64,000 nt of DNA from Octopus vulgaris (GCA_951406725.2 OX597819.1:43710001-43774000), one strand, 5' to 3'; counted from the first letter of the stretch, positions 13,198 through 29,453 are shown. A program made the numbers and translations. The notes: generated by a model not told the origin, from the letters alone.

Positions 13198-13647
13198 CAC
13201 ATAAATACACATATATAATACATACATGCATGTATAATATATATATAAATTATTTGTTTACAAATAATTAAATATATACGTGTGTGTGTATGTATGCATC
13301 TACATACCTACCTACCTACCCACCTACCTACTTATCTATCTATCTATCTATCTATCCTTGAGCATAGTCCTATGAACCCAGAAATCAAAACAGAGAGTTG
13401 CTTATTTGCAAAAAAAAAAAAAAATAAAAGAAATATAAAATGTGACTTCATTGACCGAGGTTACCGTGGTCTTTCGTAGGCTTTTCTTTCCACGGGTAAA
13501 CCTCACCTGTCCTCCCTTTCTCTATTGACATTTCTGTGATCTATCTATCTATCTATCTACTCCCCTTCCTTTTTTTTTTTTTTTTTTTAACCTTCAAAGA
13601 AAATCTTGTAATTTGTTCTATCTAGCCCTGTGTCTAATAAAGAAACA

Positions 13648-13740
<93 letters not shown>

Positions 13741-13797
13741 GTCTGTCTGTCTGTCTGTCTGTCCGTCCGTCCGTCCGTCCGTTCGTCTGTCTGTCTA

Positions 13798-13864
<67 letters not shown>

Positions 13865-13873
13865 CTCTATCTC

Positions 13874-13928
<55 letters not shown>

Positions 13929-14001
13929 GTCTATACATATGCATTTACATTTATATTTTTACGCGTGGGAGTATATATGTGTATATATATATGCACGCAT
14001 A

Positions 14002-14042
<41 letters not shown>

Positions 14043-14087
14043 CACACACACACCCGTTAAATTACATATATTCATGTATATATATAC

Positions 14088-14138
<51 letters not shown>

Positions 14139-14140
14139 TG
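13060..14140. repeat. (TA)n, (TCTA)n and (TCTG)n tracts
   Basis: Visible simple repeats. Confidence 0.93.
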
Positions 14141-15689
14141 TTTGTGTACATGAAGACAGAAAAAGTGATGGGGAGAGAGCGAGATAAAGAGAGAGAGACA
14201 GAGAGAGACAGAGAGGAAGGCATACAGACAAACAGCCTGACAGACTGACAAATTGATGAGAAGAAGCAAGACAGACCATCTAGTCTAAACTACGAAGAAG
14301 AAAGAATTCCCCCAAATAATGCCAATCCATTAATGGAGTATTTTCGAAACGTTAGCTTAAACAGTGTCGGAACATAACAAGTGTAACAGGGAGCTTAAGA
14401 AGTATTTTAATATAAGACAACATCGAATAGTGAATCAACATCGTTATATTTAGGAGGGCCAATAATTGACATATAATGACAGTTTGTATAATGGAGAAAG
14501 AGAGTTGAAGGGTGTGCTTAAGCTATATAACTATAGACCGTTTCAAAATTGCTTGGTTCCACCTTGTAGTAAGTAAGAATAATTTTTGGTTAGAAAGGTG
14601 ATGGATGTTTCTGGTCGAGGCACGTGTTAGAGACGGACGTAGTAGTAGTAGTGGTGGTGGTGATGGTATTGAGCTATTGTTGTTGTTGTTGTCGTTCTTG
14701 GAGGTGATGGTACTCGTGGTGAGGATTATAGTTATTGTGGACGGGGGATCACAACAGCAATTGAACTGGTGATCGTGTTGGAAGCGGCGGCGGCGGCGGT
14801 GACGCGAAGAGCGTTGATAGCGGCAGTGTTGAATCGATGGTGTTGAAGGTGGTGGTGGTATTGATAGTGTTGACGGTGGTGTGGTGGTGGTGTCGATGGT
14901 AATGGCGGTGGTTTTGGTGATGGTGGCGATAGTGATGGTGATGATGACAATAGCAACGGTCATGCTACTGGTAATTGTATTAGTGGTGGTGGTGATTGGA
15001 ACGTGTCTCACATCAATTTTATTGTTGTTCTCTATTCTCTGGTCACATCCTAATCGAAAAGACCTATTTCAAATTCTATGTATACCAGAACTGAACACCC
15101 TATCTATTGTTTTTTTTTTTAGTTTTCTTTCACTATATTACCTAATATATTCCTTTTCTTATTTTAGATAATAGGATGTGAATTAAGGGGAGGTTTGACT
15201 GCTATTTCTAGCCGACAAGCCTCCATCAGTACCCCCTCTATGGCTCGTATCCGCAGCCTTTAGATTGTTAGTTTTATTGTACATGATGTTACCCTATCCT
15301 CAATTACAAGGGTAAAATAAATCGAAAATTAGCTTTGAACTACGAGTGTGGGGCTTTAAGGACCATTGCTGAGCTCTAAAATTCATTGCGTGATTCAGAT
15401 TAGTCTTTGGAGATACTCCGGTTTACTGAAGGTTATATTTCCGGCGGAATAATGTTCTTACTGAGAAACTGAGGAATATGGTGTTCTAACAGAAGAAATA
15501 AAGCACATTGAAGTTCCTGTTGTGAATTTATGATTTATGAACAGATATTTTAACACTTGAGATATAATATCTAACAGTGAGACTGATGTCTATCATACAA
15601 GTACTCAACAATACGTGTGTATATGTATGAGTCACCTTGTTATCTCCCCTACTTTGCTCCCCATGTTTGACCCTTCTGTCCGGCACTAG

Positions 15690-15890
15690 TCGCCATGATA
15701 GACCGTTAGCCACTACACACATTTTTTTCTCTCCTTGTTTCTCTCCTTGTTTTTTCTGTCTGTGTCCCTTTCTGTAGAAGAGCGTAGGCTCGAAACGTAA
15801 AATACTTTTTCTATTCCTGAGCGTTATACTAATACATCTGTTTTGTACACCACCTGTCTTCGTCTTTTGTTTTTTTCGTAAACTCTCCCT
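15690..15890 (+). mobile_element. Penelope-type terminal repeat with variant hammerhead (15768-15803)
   Basis: CTTT-CTGTAGA-A-GAGC-GTAG-GCTC-GAAACGTA-AAAT. Reverse-complement copy at 27832-28016. Confidence 0.7.
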
Positions 15891-15924
15891 GTATATGTGT
15901 ATATATGTTTGTATTATATATCTT

Positions 15925-16150
15925 CCTGGGAAAACAAAGCATCAGAACACAGGACTTGGCACCAGCCCTGCTACTCCTTAGTTCAAAGATTTGAGCAAAG
16001 TCGACTCCAGCATTGGGACCTACTTCATGCAAGTATGAAGGTACGCTGGCAGAACGCCTCTCCTCTAAATGAAAACCTTACTTATCATTGTGGTTTTGCG
16101 ACATGGAGCAAAGCAGGCCTTGTCGTCCACTCAGGAAAACACATAGTAAA
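15925..16150 (+). pseudogene. RTE-clade LINE ORF2 C-terminal fragment
   Basis: WENKASEHRTWHQ...FEQSRLQH...HCGFATWSKAGLVVHSGKH resembles the RTE C-terminal helix plus C2H2-like knuckle. Confidence 0.6.
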
Positions 16151-16499
16151 TGATACACAAGTACTCAGACAAACTGAGTCCTCAACTTGTTCCATTGGCC
16201 AAAAGGTTTGCAAAGCACCAGCAATCCTCAAGAAACATGTGTGTCCATAGAACATGATTACCGATTTATTTTACTGAACTCTCATTTGCCATCCTCGACG
16301 AGAGAATCCATCGTATATCTGAATATGAATGTATGTATATGTACGAAATTGATGAGATGGACGTGTCTTACACCCATGGTACTTTAAGTAATGCGTCTCT
16401 GAGTCAAGCTGCTATTAAATACACATAACTCCAACCCAATGTATTGAGTGCTATTTTCTTTAGTTTGCTCATTCAATTATGGGTATGTGTCTTTCTTTT

Positions 16500-16715
16500 T
16501 ATCTTTCACTTGTTTCAGTTACTGGATTGCAGCCATGCTTTGCTGGAGCACCGCCTTGATGGTTATAGTCGAACGAATCAAGCCTGGTACTTATTCTATC
16601 GCCAGACCAAGGTTCCACGCAGTAGTATGAACTGAATCCGGAACCAAGTTGTTGAAAAGCGAACGTGTTGCCAGACATCCAAGCTTGCACCCCAACACAC
16701 CCAACCGACGCCTAT
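16500..16715 (-). mobile_element. SINE family B, internally deleted and diverged
   Basis: 3' end (TTGTTTCAGT...TGGAGCACCGCC) joined to the head region. Confidence 0.7.
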
Positions 16716-16729
16716 ATATATGTATGCAC

Positions 16730-16784
<55 letters not shown>

Positions 16785-16816
16785 CGTGCGTATATATATA
16801 CATACATACATACATG

Positions 16817-16850
<34 letters not shown>

Positions 16851-16857
16851 TATATTA

Positions 16858-16933
<76 letters not shown>

Positions 16934-17042
16934 GTTTGGGGATGGTCATTTGGGGATAGTCATTTTTTTGCCAATTAAACCCATGCACTATTCATTCGAT
17001 CTTCGCTTTTGTTTTTTTGTATTATATTTAGTTTATACGTCC

Positions 17043-17084
17043 GTCAAAGTCTTTCGTCACGCATTCTGTAACCTCATCAGCGAC
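17043..17084 (-). ncRNA. Minimal type-I hammerhead ribozyme
   Basis: Minus strand: GTCG-CTGATGA-G-GTTAC-AGAATGC-GTGAC-GAAA-GACTT-TGAC. Stems I and II pair (with G-U) and the core is intact. Confidence 0.7.
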
Positions 17085-17624
17085 TCTCTGTCTCATGTCT
17101 CTCCTCTTGTCCTGCTTCTTCAATTGATGTATGTATACATACATACATACATACATACATACATACATACATACATACATACAAACATACACACTGACAC
17201 ATTCGCACACACACATACTTACACATATACCTATATTTTTACATGTGTGTGTGCATGTATGTATGTACACGCACACATTTTTGTGCCTAACTTCTTTTTA
17301 AAATGTTAAAATTCCGTGTATAACACACAGTTTTAAACAACTACAACATGAGTAGATAATCTGCTATAATCTACCGTATTAGTTTTTATATTTCGTTTTA
17401 TGTACAATAAATTGTTATATATCATAAAAAATATAATTTGAAAATGATAAAGTTTTATTACACAAATTGTATTTTTGGTTATTAAGTGAGGGAAAAAACT
17501 TTATAGCCTAATACCATGTATATAAAAGGTACCCTAAACCTTATATATGTATTTGTGGCAAAATGTATATTATGTATAGTGTTTTACAGTATTTTATCTA
17601 TTTAATATGTCTACACAGAAATAT

Positions 17625-17880
17625 GTGAAGGCACGTGGCCTAGTGGTTAGGGTGTTGGGTTGCGTTCACGATCGCAACGCCGTGGTTTTGTATCCCGGAG
17701 CGAGTGTTGTTCTGTGCTGTGTTCTTGTGCAGAACACTTCATTTAACGTTGGTTCTGTTTGTCAGCTGTAAATGAGCAACCTTGCAACGGACTGCGGTCC
17801 ATTTCAAGGAAATTGTTGTGATTGCGATGTCTTCTACACCGCGGAAACCGGGTAACCAGGACTAAGTGTTCTATGACTCG
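17625..17880 (+). mobile_element. Diverged tRNA-headed SINE (C/D-like)
   Basis: GAAGGCACGTGGCCTAGTGGTTAGGG head, degenerate V-like GCAACGGACTG segment, GAAACCGGG tail. Confidence 0.65.
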
Positions 17881-17915
17881 AGACAGTAATCTCCTAATAT
17901 AATAACGAGCGTAGT

Positions 17916-17963
<48 letters not shown>

Positions 17964-18399
17964 TTGTGTAAAATCACGCAGGAGGGAGTACGAGAAAGAG
18001 TAGTATACGTGAAGGGGGAGGAGAGAAAATAATAATTCAGTGAAGGAGAAGTAGTGAGAGTAATAGCCATGACTGAGGGGGAGTGAGAGAAAGTAGTAAC
18101 AATGATGGAGAAGCAGAAGCAAAGAGCGCATCGTGTATCTTCTGCTATAATAATACACTTGTGTTTTTCTCCGTCACAACATATGAATGAGAAAGGAAGG
18201 GGTGATAGATGAATAAGGAAGGAGTGATAGGAAATCAAACAGCGTTTCAACTCTGTGTGAGTATATGCATGTGTATGTTAAAGAGAGGTATGTGAATGTG
18301 TGTATGAATGTGTGTGTGTGTGTGTGTTTGTGTGTGCAATGGAAGTGGGATGATGAACATTCAAGAAAAGGAAAAATCAAACAGCGTTACAACTCTGTG

Positions 18400-18715
18400 T
18401 GGTGGTGCAATGGCCCAGTGGTTAGAGCAGCGGACTCGCGGTTTCGATTCCCAGACCGGGAGTTGTGTGTGTTTATTGAGCGAAAACACCTAAAGCTCCA
18501 CGAGTCCCGGCAGGGCGTGGTGGCGACCCCTGTTGTACTCTTTCGCCCCAACTGTCTTTCACCCTCTCTTTCTGTTTCTTGAGTAACGCTACGATGGACT
18601 AGCGTCCCGTCCAGCCGGGTGGGGGTGGGTGGGGGGGCACATACGCCACAGAAACCGGGAAACCGGACCCATGAGCCTAGCTAGGCTTGAAAAGGGCGCA
18701 TAAATAAAAGAAATA
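18400..18715 (+). mobile_element. SINE family C
   Basis: Matches 4918-5207 in the opposite orientation. Confidence 0.88.
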
Positions 18716-18730
18716 AATTTCTTATATGTA

Positions 18731-18890
18731 AGGCGGCGAACTAGCAGAGTAGTTAACACGCCGGGTAAAATGTTTAGCGGTGTTTTGTCCGTCCTTACGT
18801 ATTGGGTCCACATTCCTCTGGGGGGGGGGGTCAATATAATCAACCTACACCCGGCCTCGAAATCGTTGGCCTTGTGCCAAAATGTGCAAC
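18731..18890 (+). mobile_element. SINE family A, degenerate and deleted
   Basis: GGCGGCGAACTAGCAGA head. Confidence 0.7.
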
Positions 18891-19274
18891 CAGTATGTTT
18901 TGCTTGCTGCGTGTTAACCGAGAAGCGTTGTAGCCATCGCTTCTGACCAACGTAATTCCTTAGAGGCAAGAATGAAATATAACGGAGGGCGACTTAATAG
19001 ATTTCAAAGAGCTATGCCCGATTCCATGATTCATTGGTTGCAAGTTCGCATTTTGATTCAAGCTGATACACCGAATCTCCGAACAAAACAATTCTAGTCT
19101 GAACGTTCATAAATAATTAAGAAATTATTGATATTATTATTTTCAATAAAGTTGTTGTTATTGTTGTTGGTATTGGTGTTGTTTTTGTTTCTGTTGTTAA
19201 TATCGCTATCATTTTTGTCATCATTATTAATATCCCTTCTGTTTATTCTCCGCTTACATCACCGCCCCCGTGCG

Positions 19275-21890
<2,616 letters not shown>

Positions 21891-22469
21891 CGACGGAGTG
21901 TAAATCGGGCATGTGTGACAACCATGCCTTTCTCCTTCGACATATCAACATCGAACTGTCCACATTGGTATAAATCCCAAGATTTATTAAAAGAACACAA
22001 GAAATAAGACTGTGTGCTATGGATGCCTTTTTCGAAATTATATGCGAAAGTAAGTAAATGAAATGAATTGCTCATAGCCGGAAATTGGAATCGAACTGGT
22101 GATTCACCTTATTAACATGTCAGTCTATTCAACAGAATTCTTTAATACTCGATCTCGGCACCCCCTAAGCACCAAACGAGCTAATGAGGGAGCTTCTATG
22201 TGGATCCATTCACATTCTAGAAATAGCAACCAAATTTCCCTCAGAGAACACTCTTATCACTTACGAGAGAGGAATATAAAATATAGATTATAAAAATTTT
22301 CGCAGACATTCCTAAAAGGAGGGATGGTCAAATCTGGAAGATCTTTAGTCGTATGTCTACTTCATCGGGGTTAACTTGGGCCTGTATGGTTCTTTTTATA
22401 TTGATACAAGGCCAAAAATTTGAGTCAGATGCGTCTAGAAATCCGACGTCATTACTTAATTGGTATTTG

Positions 22470-22673
22470 TAATAATCCTTTCTAATAAAGGCACAGGACC
22501 TGACATTTGGGGATAGGGGACAAGTCGATTACACCGACCCCAGTGCTCGACTGGTGCTTAATTTATCGACCCCGAAAGGATGAAAGGCAAAGTCGAGTCG
22601 GCGGAATTTGAACTCAGAACGTACAGACGGACGAAATACCGCTAAGCACTTTGTCCGGCGTGCTAACGATTCT

Positions 22674-22675
<2 letters not shown>
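22470..22675 (-). mobile_element. SINE family A (older tail variant)
   Basis: Body motif GAAAGGATGAAAGGCAAAGTCGA; abuts (TAA)n. Confidence 0.85.
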
Positions 22676-22735
<60 letters not shown>

Positions 22736-22749
22736 GATGATGATAATAA

Positions 22750-23660
22750 TAATAACCGTTTCTTTATTGGCCACAAGGACCGAACACAAAATAAATAGGG
22801 CCAACACAAAACTGGGGACACGTAGGGTTTAACACAAAAATCGAGTAAACAAAAAATAACAATGACAACAATATAATTAAAAAAAAAAATCCCCAAGAGG
22901 GGAAAGTTCCTCACAGGGACAACCGAGGAACTCCACACATTCTGGTTATCCTGACCGCCAGATACACCTCAGTAGGCGTCTCTCTCTTTTTTAACACTCT
23001 CCGGTTTACAAAAGTTCAGAGTAGGCCCATTCACACGGATCATCCTCGCCGCACAAACACACCTTTCAACAAAATTACTTGGAGGTAGAACTTCCCTCTT
23101 TACCCTCACTTTTCTTTTCAAGTAGAATTTGAAAAAGTTGATGAGGGATTGGCCGAAGAGGAAAGTATCTGTCTTCAGTCCATTCAATCTCGTCCACCAC
23201 ACTACTTTATTCGCCATAGCCATCAGACAGAGGAAAACTGCCTTTCCTTCCCGGCCAAAGGAAGGCAGCAGGGCGATTTTCACGATGGACTCGGCTGATA
23301 ACCGGATCTATCCTACACGTGATAACAGCTCTCCACGTGTCAGCAATGCACGGACACTGGACAAGTGCGTGCAGGACGGTTTCGTCGCCCTTCGAACATC
23401 TTGGACAGGTTCGTCTGACAGCATTTCCGTGTCTGTAGAGCTTGTCTCGAACCGGCAGAACTTCCCGGTAGCACTGCCAGGCTCGGGATTTCTGGAAGTT
23501 ACCCATAGGCCCCGGCCCGAAAGTCCTCCGGAAAAGACCAGTTAATTGATCTCTCCCGACGCCCAGAGTTTCCCCGAGGAAATTGTCGCTCTTGCTCGCC
23601 ACTAATCCCCTATAGCACTCCATGGGGGAACTTCCACCGACCGCATTGCCCGACTAGCAG
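22750..23660 (-). mobile_element. 5'-truncated L1/Tx1-clade LINE: ORF2 C-terminus plus 3' UTR
   Basis: LPVRDKLYRHG...CPRCSKGDETVLHALVQCP (zf-RVT CCHC motif), frameshifted continuation, AATAAA followed by a (TTA)n tail. Confidence 0.88.
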
Positions 23661-24304
23661 GAAGCTGTGAGAGCTTGCTTGAATAATAATAACAACAACA
23701 ACAACAGAAATAGCAACAACAGCAATATATTCAACGCACTGTGCGGCACCAGTGCTGGTTCCCAAAGAGGCGATTCGTTACACAAAGTAGAAAAGGTAAA
23801 GTTGACTTTGGCGGGATTTGATCTCAGAACGTAATGAGTCGTAAGTAAATACCAAAAAGTATTTTGTCCGCTACTTTTACGATTCTGCCAATACGCCACC
23901 TTGAACCTGAAGCTCAATAACAACAATAACAAGGAGGTATGTGCATCGTCGCTCGACCTGCAAGAAATAGCAGTTAAATCACTCTCGAACAACAGCCCAC
24001 CATGAAGAAAAATGACGTTGATCAATGAAGACATTTAAAAAAAATAGTGTTTTGGTCTGTGACATTGAACGCTGTGTCATTGGCCATTGCAATCCTCTTC
24101 GATTCGTGAGGTAGACATAGTCGATGCTCTTTAATCCTTGATACATTATGCATGCAAAAATGTCATTGTCACGGTTGGAACGCCTTTGTCCATAGGCGAA
24201 CTCGTTCATGACCTAACTTTGTGCTAAAGACCGATTCCAACAACCAAATTAGACGAATATTTCTACTATAACTGAACCGCTCTGTCTTTCTCGATTTGTC
24301 ATCT

Positions 24305-24535
24305 TATTTCTTTACTGCACACAAGGGGCTACACACAGAGGGGACAAACAAGGACAGACAAACGGATTAAGTCGATTATATCAACCCCAGTGCATAACTG
24401 TTACTTATTTAATCGACTCCGAAAGGATGAAAGGCAAAGTCGACCACGGCGGAATTTGAACTCAGAACGTAGCGGCAGACGAAATACCGCTAGGCATTTC
24501 ACCCGGCGTGCTAACGTTTCTGCCAGCTCGCCGCC
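24305..24535 (-). mobile_element. SINE family A, full-length monomer
   Basis: Complete head, body and AAGAAATA tail. Confidence 0.92.
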
Positions 24536-25017
24536 TTTTACCATCTTCTGTCTGACAAGTGGAGTGAGACCCTGTAACGGTTTGATGGGTGGGATACATG
24601 GGATACGGTGGGATATGATATGATTTGTATATATGCTATACGAACTCCTGATAATTTTGCTTTCAGACTGATACATTGTCCACTCAACCATTCCAAATGC
24701 CTCGTTATAGCAATTTAAGTATCGATAATGTTAATCTCGGTTGCTGCCATAGACATAGTCATTTAGATAACGGAAATATATTTTATTGCTACGATAATAG
24801 CTATTTAAGCTATGAAAATGTTAATAATATATTGACTGAGCGAACATAGCAATGTAGGTTATAACAAAAATGAAAATATACTCCTTTACAACCGGCCATT
24901 CTACTCATTTTTGATTTCTTTTGTCTAGGAGAAATTTCAAAAATTTGTTTTCTCTAGAGAAGTTACATAGAATCAAGACTAGCGTATTATTATTAATATT
25001 AATTATTATTAATATTA

Positions 25018-25645
25018 TTATTGGTTCTAAGGCGGCCAGGTGGCAGAATCGTTAGCACGTCGAGCAAAAAACCTTGGCAGCATTTCGTCTGTTGATACGT
25101 TCTGAGTTCAAATTTCGTCGAGGTCGACTTTACCTTTCATTCTTTCGGAGTTCGATAAATTACGTACCAGTTGAGCACTGGGATCGATGGTAATTGACTT
25201 ATCCCCATCTTTCCGAACTTGTTGTTATTGGTTCTAAAGCAGTAAGCTGGCAGAACCATTACCACGCCAGATAAAATGCTTAACCAGCTTTAATTTCTGA
25301 GTTCAAATTCCGCCAAGGTCGATTTTGCCTTCCATCCTTTTGGGGGGTCAATAGAATAAGTACCAGTTGAGTACTGGGATCGATGTAATCGACAAACTTG
25401 CACCCCTGAAGTTGCCGGCCTTGTACTAAAATTGGAAATCAATGTTATTGGTTCTAAGGCGGCGAGCTGACAGAATTGTTAGCGTGTTGGACATGATGCC
25501 TGGTGGCATTTCTTCTGGCTCTTCACATTCTGAGTTTAAGTCCTGCGAAGGTCGACTTCGCGTTTCATATTTTCGGGATCGATAAAATAAGTGCTAGTTG
25601 AGCATCGAGGTCGATATAATCGAGTAGGCATTTCTTCAAAATTTC
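25018..25645 (+). repeat. Tandem triplication of diverged SINE A units
   Basis: Three ~210-bp units, each preceded by TTATTGGTTCTAA (~25018, ~25226, ~25446). Confidence 0.85.
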
Positions 25646-25689
25646 AAGGCTTTGTACTGCCATCAGAATATGCACATTTATTTTTACGA

Positions 25690-26010
25690 ATCTGGCTATC
25701 GGTTGAGTGGATCGTAATGATCAGCCCATCGCATTGTTTTGGCCGCGAAGGGTAGACTGTTTTCCTCTGACAGATAGCTATAGCAAAGGAGGTAGTGTGG
25801 TGGACGAGGTTAAAAGGACTGAGGACAGATACTTTCCTATTCATCGACTTTTTCAAGTTCCACTTGAAAAGGAAAGTGAGGTTTAGGGGAGAGAAAAGTA
25901 TTGACCCTCAGTATTTTCAATGTAAAATCGGTGAGCGTGGTGAGTAAGGTCTGTGTGAGTGGGCCTACTCTGAACATGCGTCTGTAGGTTGGAAAGAGCG
26001 GTCGAGGTGG
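25690..26010 (+). pseudogene. L1/Tx1 LINE 3' fragment (same family as 22750-23660)
   Basis: IAIAKEVVWWTRLKGLRTDTFL...FFKFHLKRKVR matches the other copy. Confidence 0.8.
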
Positions 26011-26037
26011 AGGTAAAAAAATAGACACAAAGAAACA

Positions 26038-26073
<36 letters not shown>

Positions 26074-26094
26074 TACACGCGCATTCATACGACA

Positions 26095-26235
26095 CAGTTT
26101 CCGCTTATCGAATCCACTTACAAGGCTTTGGTCGGCTCGAAGCTATAGTAGAAGACTCTTGCCCTAGGTTCCACAGAGTGGGGCTGAACCTGGAACGATG
26201 CGACTAGGAAGCAAACTTCTTACTACACAGCCACA
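26095..26235 (-). mobile_element. SINE family B 5' fragment
   Basis: Degenerate match to the family B head. Confidence 0.75.
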
Positions 26236-26850
26236 TATGACATCACTCGGGATAATATAATCCAGGCGTTTACATTACGAAGTATTTCTACGGACAGCGA
26301 CGATCTGAAAACTGAAAGCAGGGAAATCCCCTTACGACACTGTTGTTCCCGAAAATCCATCAATTTCTTTTTCGCTGTAAGGCTTAATTAATAAACTTTG
26401 AAGATTGGAATTTGCGATATTACCTTTATTTAAGCGTTTACAATTATTTCCCCAGTTCAATGTTGACTAATCTTGCACCATGTTTAGAAATGAGCCGACA
26501 ACAAATGATATATGGTGTACAGATACAACCTTTATAGAAATTGTTTTTCGGTGTTCTCATTGAAGATGATTTGAAGTTGTTTGCTTATTTCACTGAAATA
26601 TTGGACATTCATGAACGTTTATAGTGAGTAGTACTATGAAACGTAATTTTGCCAGGAAAATGACAGGGACAAGAGAGAGACAGAGAGAGGAGAGAAAGGG
26701 GAAAGAAAAAGACAAGATATTCAGCTCCGTTTGACTTTGTCCACATAGCTTGTAAGCAAAATAATCTGACCTCTTGCTGTACATATATATATATAGAGCA
26801 GAAACAGAAAATGGAATTCAGGAGATTCTTTATTCAAATCTATGACACTT

Positions 26851-27019
26851 TATTTACATTATTTACATTTGACGGATATTTGTCCTCATCTTGTTTGTTG
26901 TTAACACAACGTTTCGGCTGATATATATCCTCCAGCTTTCATCGGGTGTCTTGGGGAAATTTCGGACCTGGGTTCTCATTCCCAAGGTATTTTTCGATGT
27001 TGTTGTGTTGTTGTTGTTG

Positions 27020-27118
<99 letters not shown>

Positions 27119-27333
27119 TCCCTGCCTGGAATAATAGTAATAATAACAACATCAAAAATACCTTGGGAATGAGAACCCAGGTTCGAAATTTCCCCAAGAC
27201 TCCTGATGAAGGCTGGAGGTTATATCAGCCGAAACGTTGTGTTAGCAACAAACAAGATGGGGACAAATATCCGTCAAATGTAAATAATGTAAATAATGTA
27301 CATAATTCCTCATCTCTTAAATATAGAACTGTA
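26851..27333. mobile_element. Penelope-like insertion made of two inverted terminal repeats, each with a hammerhead
   Basis: Left arm (-) 26851-27130 and right arm (+) 27132-27333. Hammerheads at 26903-26950 (-) and 27197-27243 (+, CTGATGA...GAAACGTT). TSD-like AAATCTATG(A/T)CA(C/G)TT at 26836-50 and 27334-48. Same family as 41659-42175. Confidence 0.85.
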
Positions 27334-27512
27334 AAATCTATGTCAGTTGTTTCAACTCTGATGTGTTTATATAAACTCTGCGGACACCCAAGGAATGCCT
27401 GAATTAAATTCACTAGCAAATGCATCTGTACTGTTGATGACACCTGGTACCTAAAAACAGTGCCGAGCTTTACGCAGCATCCTACAAAGTTCCTCCTTGC
27501 ATACAATTTTAC

Positions 27513-27591
<79 letters not shown>

Positions 27592-27810
27592 GGCGGCGAG
27601 CTGGCAGAAACGTTAGCACGCTGGGCGAAATGCGTAGCTGTATTTCGTCTGCCGTTACGTTCTGAGTTCAAATTCCGCCGAGGTCGACTTTGCCTTTCAT
27701 CCTTTCGGGGTCGATAAATTAAGTACCAGTTACGCACTGGGGTCGACGTAATCCGTTTGTCTGTCCTTATTTGTCCCCTCTGTGTGTAGCCCCTTGTGGG
27801 TAGTAAAGAA
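27592..27810 (+). mobile_element. SINE family A, full-length, inserted in (TA)n
   Basis: Complete consensus match. Confidence 0.92.
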
Positions 27811-27831
27811 ATATATATATATATATATATA

Positions 27832-28016
27832 AAGGGAAAGTTTACGAAAATAAACAAAAGACGAAGGCAGGTGGAGTACAAACAAATAAATGTATTAGTA
27901 TAGCGCTCAAGAAAAAGTTTTTTACGTTTCGAGCCTACGCTCTTCGACAGAAAGATACACGGAAAAAAACAAGGAGAGAAAAAATGCGTGCAGGAGCTAA
28001 CGATCTATCATGGCGT
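27832..28016 (-). mobile_element. Penelope-type terminal repeat with variant hammerhead (27919-27954)
   Basis: Reverse complement of 15690-15890; core CTGTCGA...GAAACGTA. Confidence 0.7.
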
Positions 28017-28464
28017 TATATACGTATTTATACGTAAATGTGTTTATATTTAATTTTTATAAGACATTTTCATTATCCAATGAGGTCAGCATTAGTTGAA
28101 TGAGAGAATGACTTACGTTGAATTCTTTTTGTTAGCGTTAAATTTTGTTGTAACTTGAGAACGTCATTACACCAATGATAAACACACGCTCTGGCTCAAT
28201 TTAACTTCTTTATTATGAATCATTTGTTTAGTCCTTTAATCAACCAATTAATAGATTGCTTGTCAAATCTCTCAAGAGAGCATATCATTCCCGAGGTCAC
28301 GAATGGCAACCAAAAGACTTTGATAAACAACTGATTAATAGTTTGATCGACTGAGCAAGCGATCGATTAGTTATATGGTTAAATAACTAACCAATTGCTT
28401 AATAATAAAGAACTGAAATTGAACCAGTGCGTGTGTTTATTATTGGCGTGATGATTCTCTCCGG

Positions 28465-28825
28465 ATAAGGGTAAAGGGTAAAGGTGCAATCCCTTCGGTC
28501 ATGAATGACCATAGGATTGCACCTAGAATGTCCCCCACCCCCGCGAGGCACAAGTTCGTGTAAGGTTGTTTATAGGAGACCAGTAGTCGCCCATGCATAC
28601 CAGCCTCCCCTCAGCGCGCCACCGATGTTATCCGAAGGAAAGTCAAAGGCTGATAAAGCTTGGTGACGGTTACGTCCAACTCTTTTCTACAACTGAGTGA
28701 AGTGGAGCAACGTGAAATAAAGTGACTTACTCGAGAGCACAACACACAGCTTGGTCCAGGAATCGAACTCACTACCTCATGATTGTGAACCCGACGCTCT
28801 AACCACTGAGCCATGCGCCTTCACA
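28465..28825 (-). mobile_element. SINE family D, full-length, with (CTTTACC)n-type tail
   Basis: TGGCTCAGTGG A box, GAGTTCGATTCC B box; tail seen as GGGTAAAGGGTAAAGG on the + strand. Confidence 0.88.
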
Positions 28826-29238
28826 GATCCACCATATTTATCCTGTTTTCCAGAAATAATCTTCGGTAACTGTAAAGCAGTTTCCTTCATTAAAGGTAGC
28901 GCAGCAGACAAACAGGCAAGCTTCTAGTGAGTAGAAGAAAGGCTGTTTTGACTCCGGGTTGGAACGATTTCACTTCACTTGCTTACTCCCCTAATACTCA
29001 TTAAAGGAGACTTAAAATAGCTGCCAATTACCATTTCTCTTGAAATGTTGGTCCTACTTAAGAAATCAATATTTTAAACACCCACTGATAATATTTCTAG
29101 TTAGAGATGTAATATATATGTAATGACAATTAATTGAATTGAATTATCGATATTTATATAAAGATTAGCATCAAAAGAAAAACAAACAAAAGGAAAACAA
29201 GCAAACAAATAAGACATATATATACATATACATACATG

Positions 29239-29319
<81 letters not shown>

Positions 29320-29453
29320 ATGTAGAGCAGTTTAACTTCTGCGAAATATCAAGTAGCTTCATTGTAGGTATCACCATTATCGCCATCACTTCAGGCTTGT
29401 ATACTCGTACATACAAAATATATAACTTTTTCAATTATAAAATTTATACAGTA

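Noticed and set aside
14523-15171. GC-richer ORFs with Pro/Thr/Arg runs
   Set aside because: Degenerate (GGT)/(GAT)/(GCG) repeats with no domain or splice evidence.
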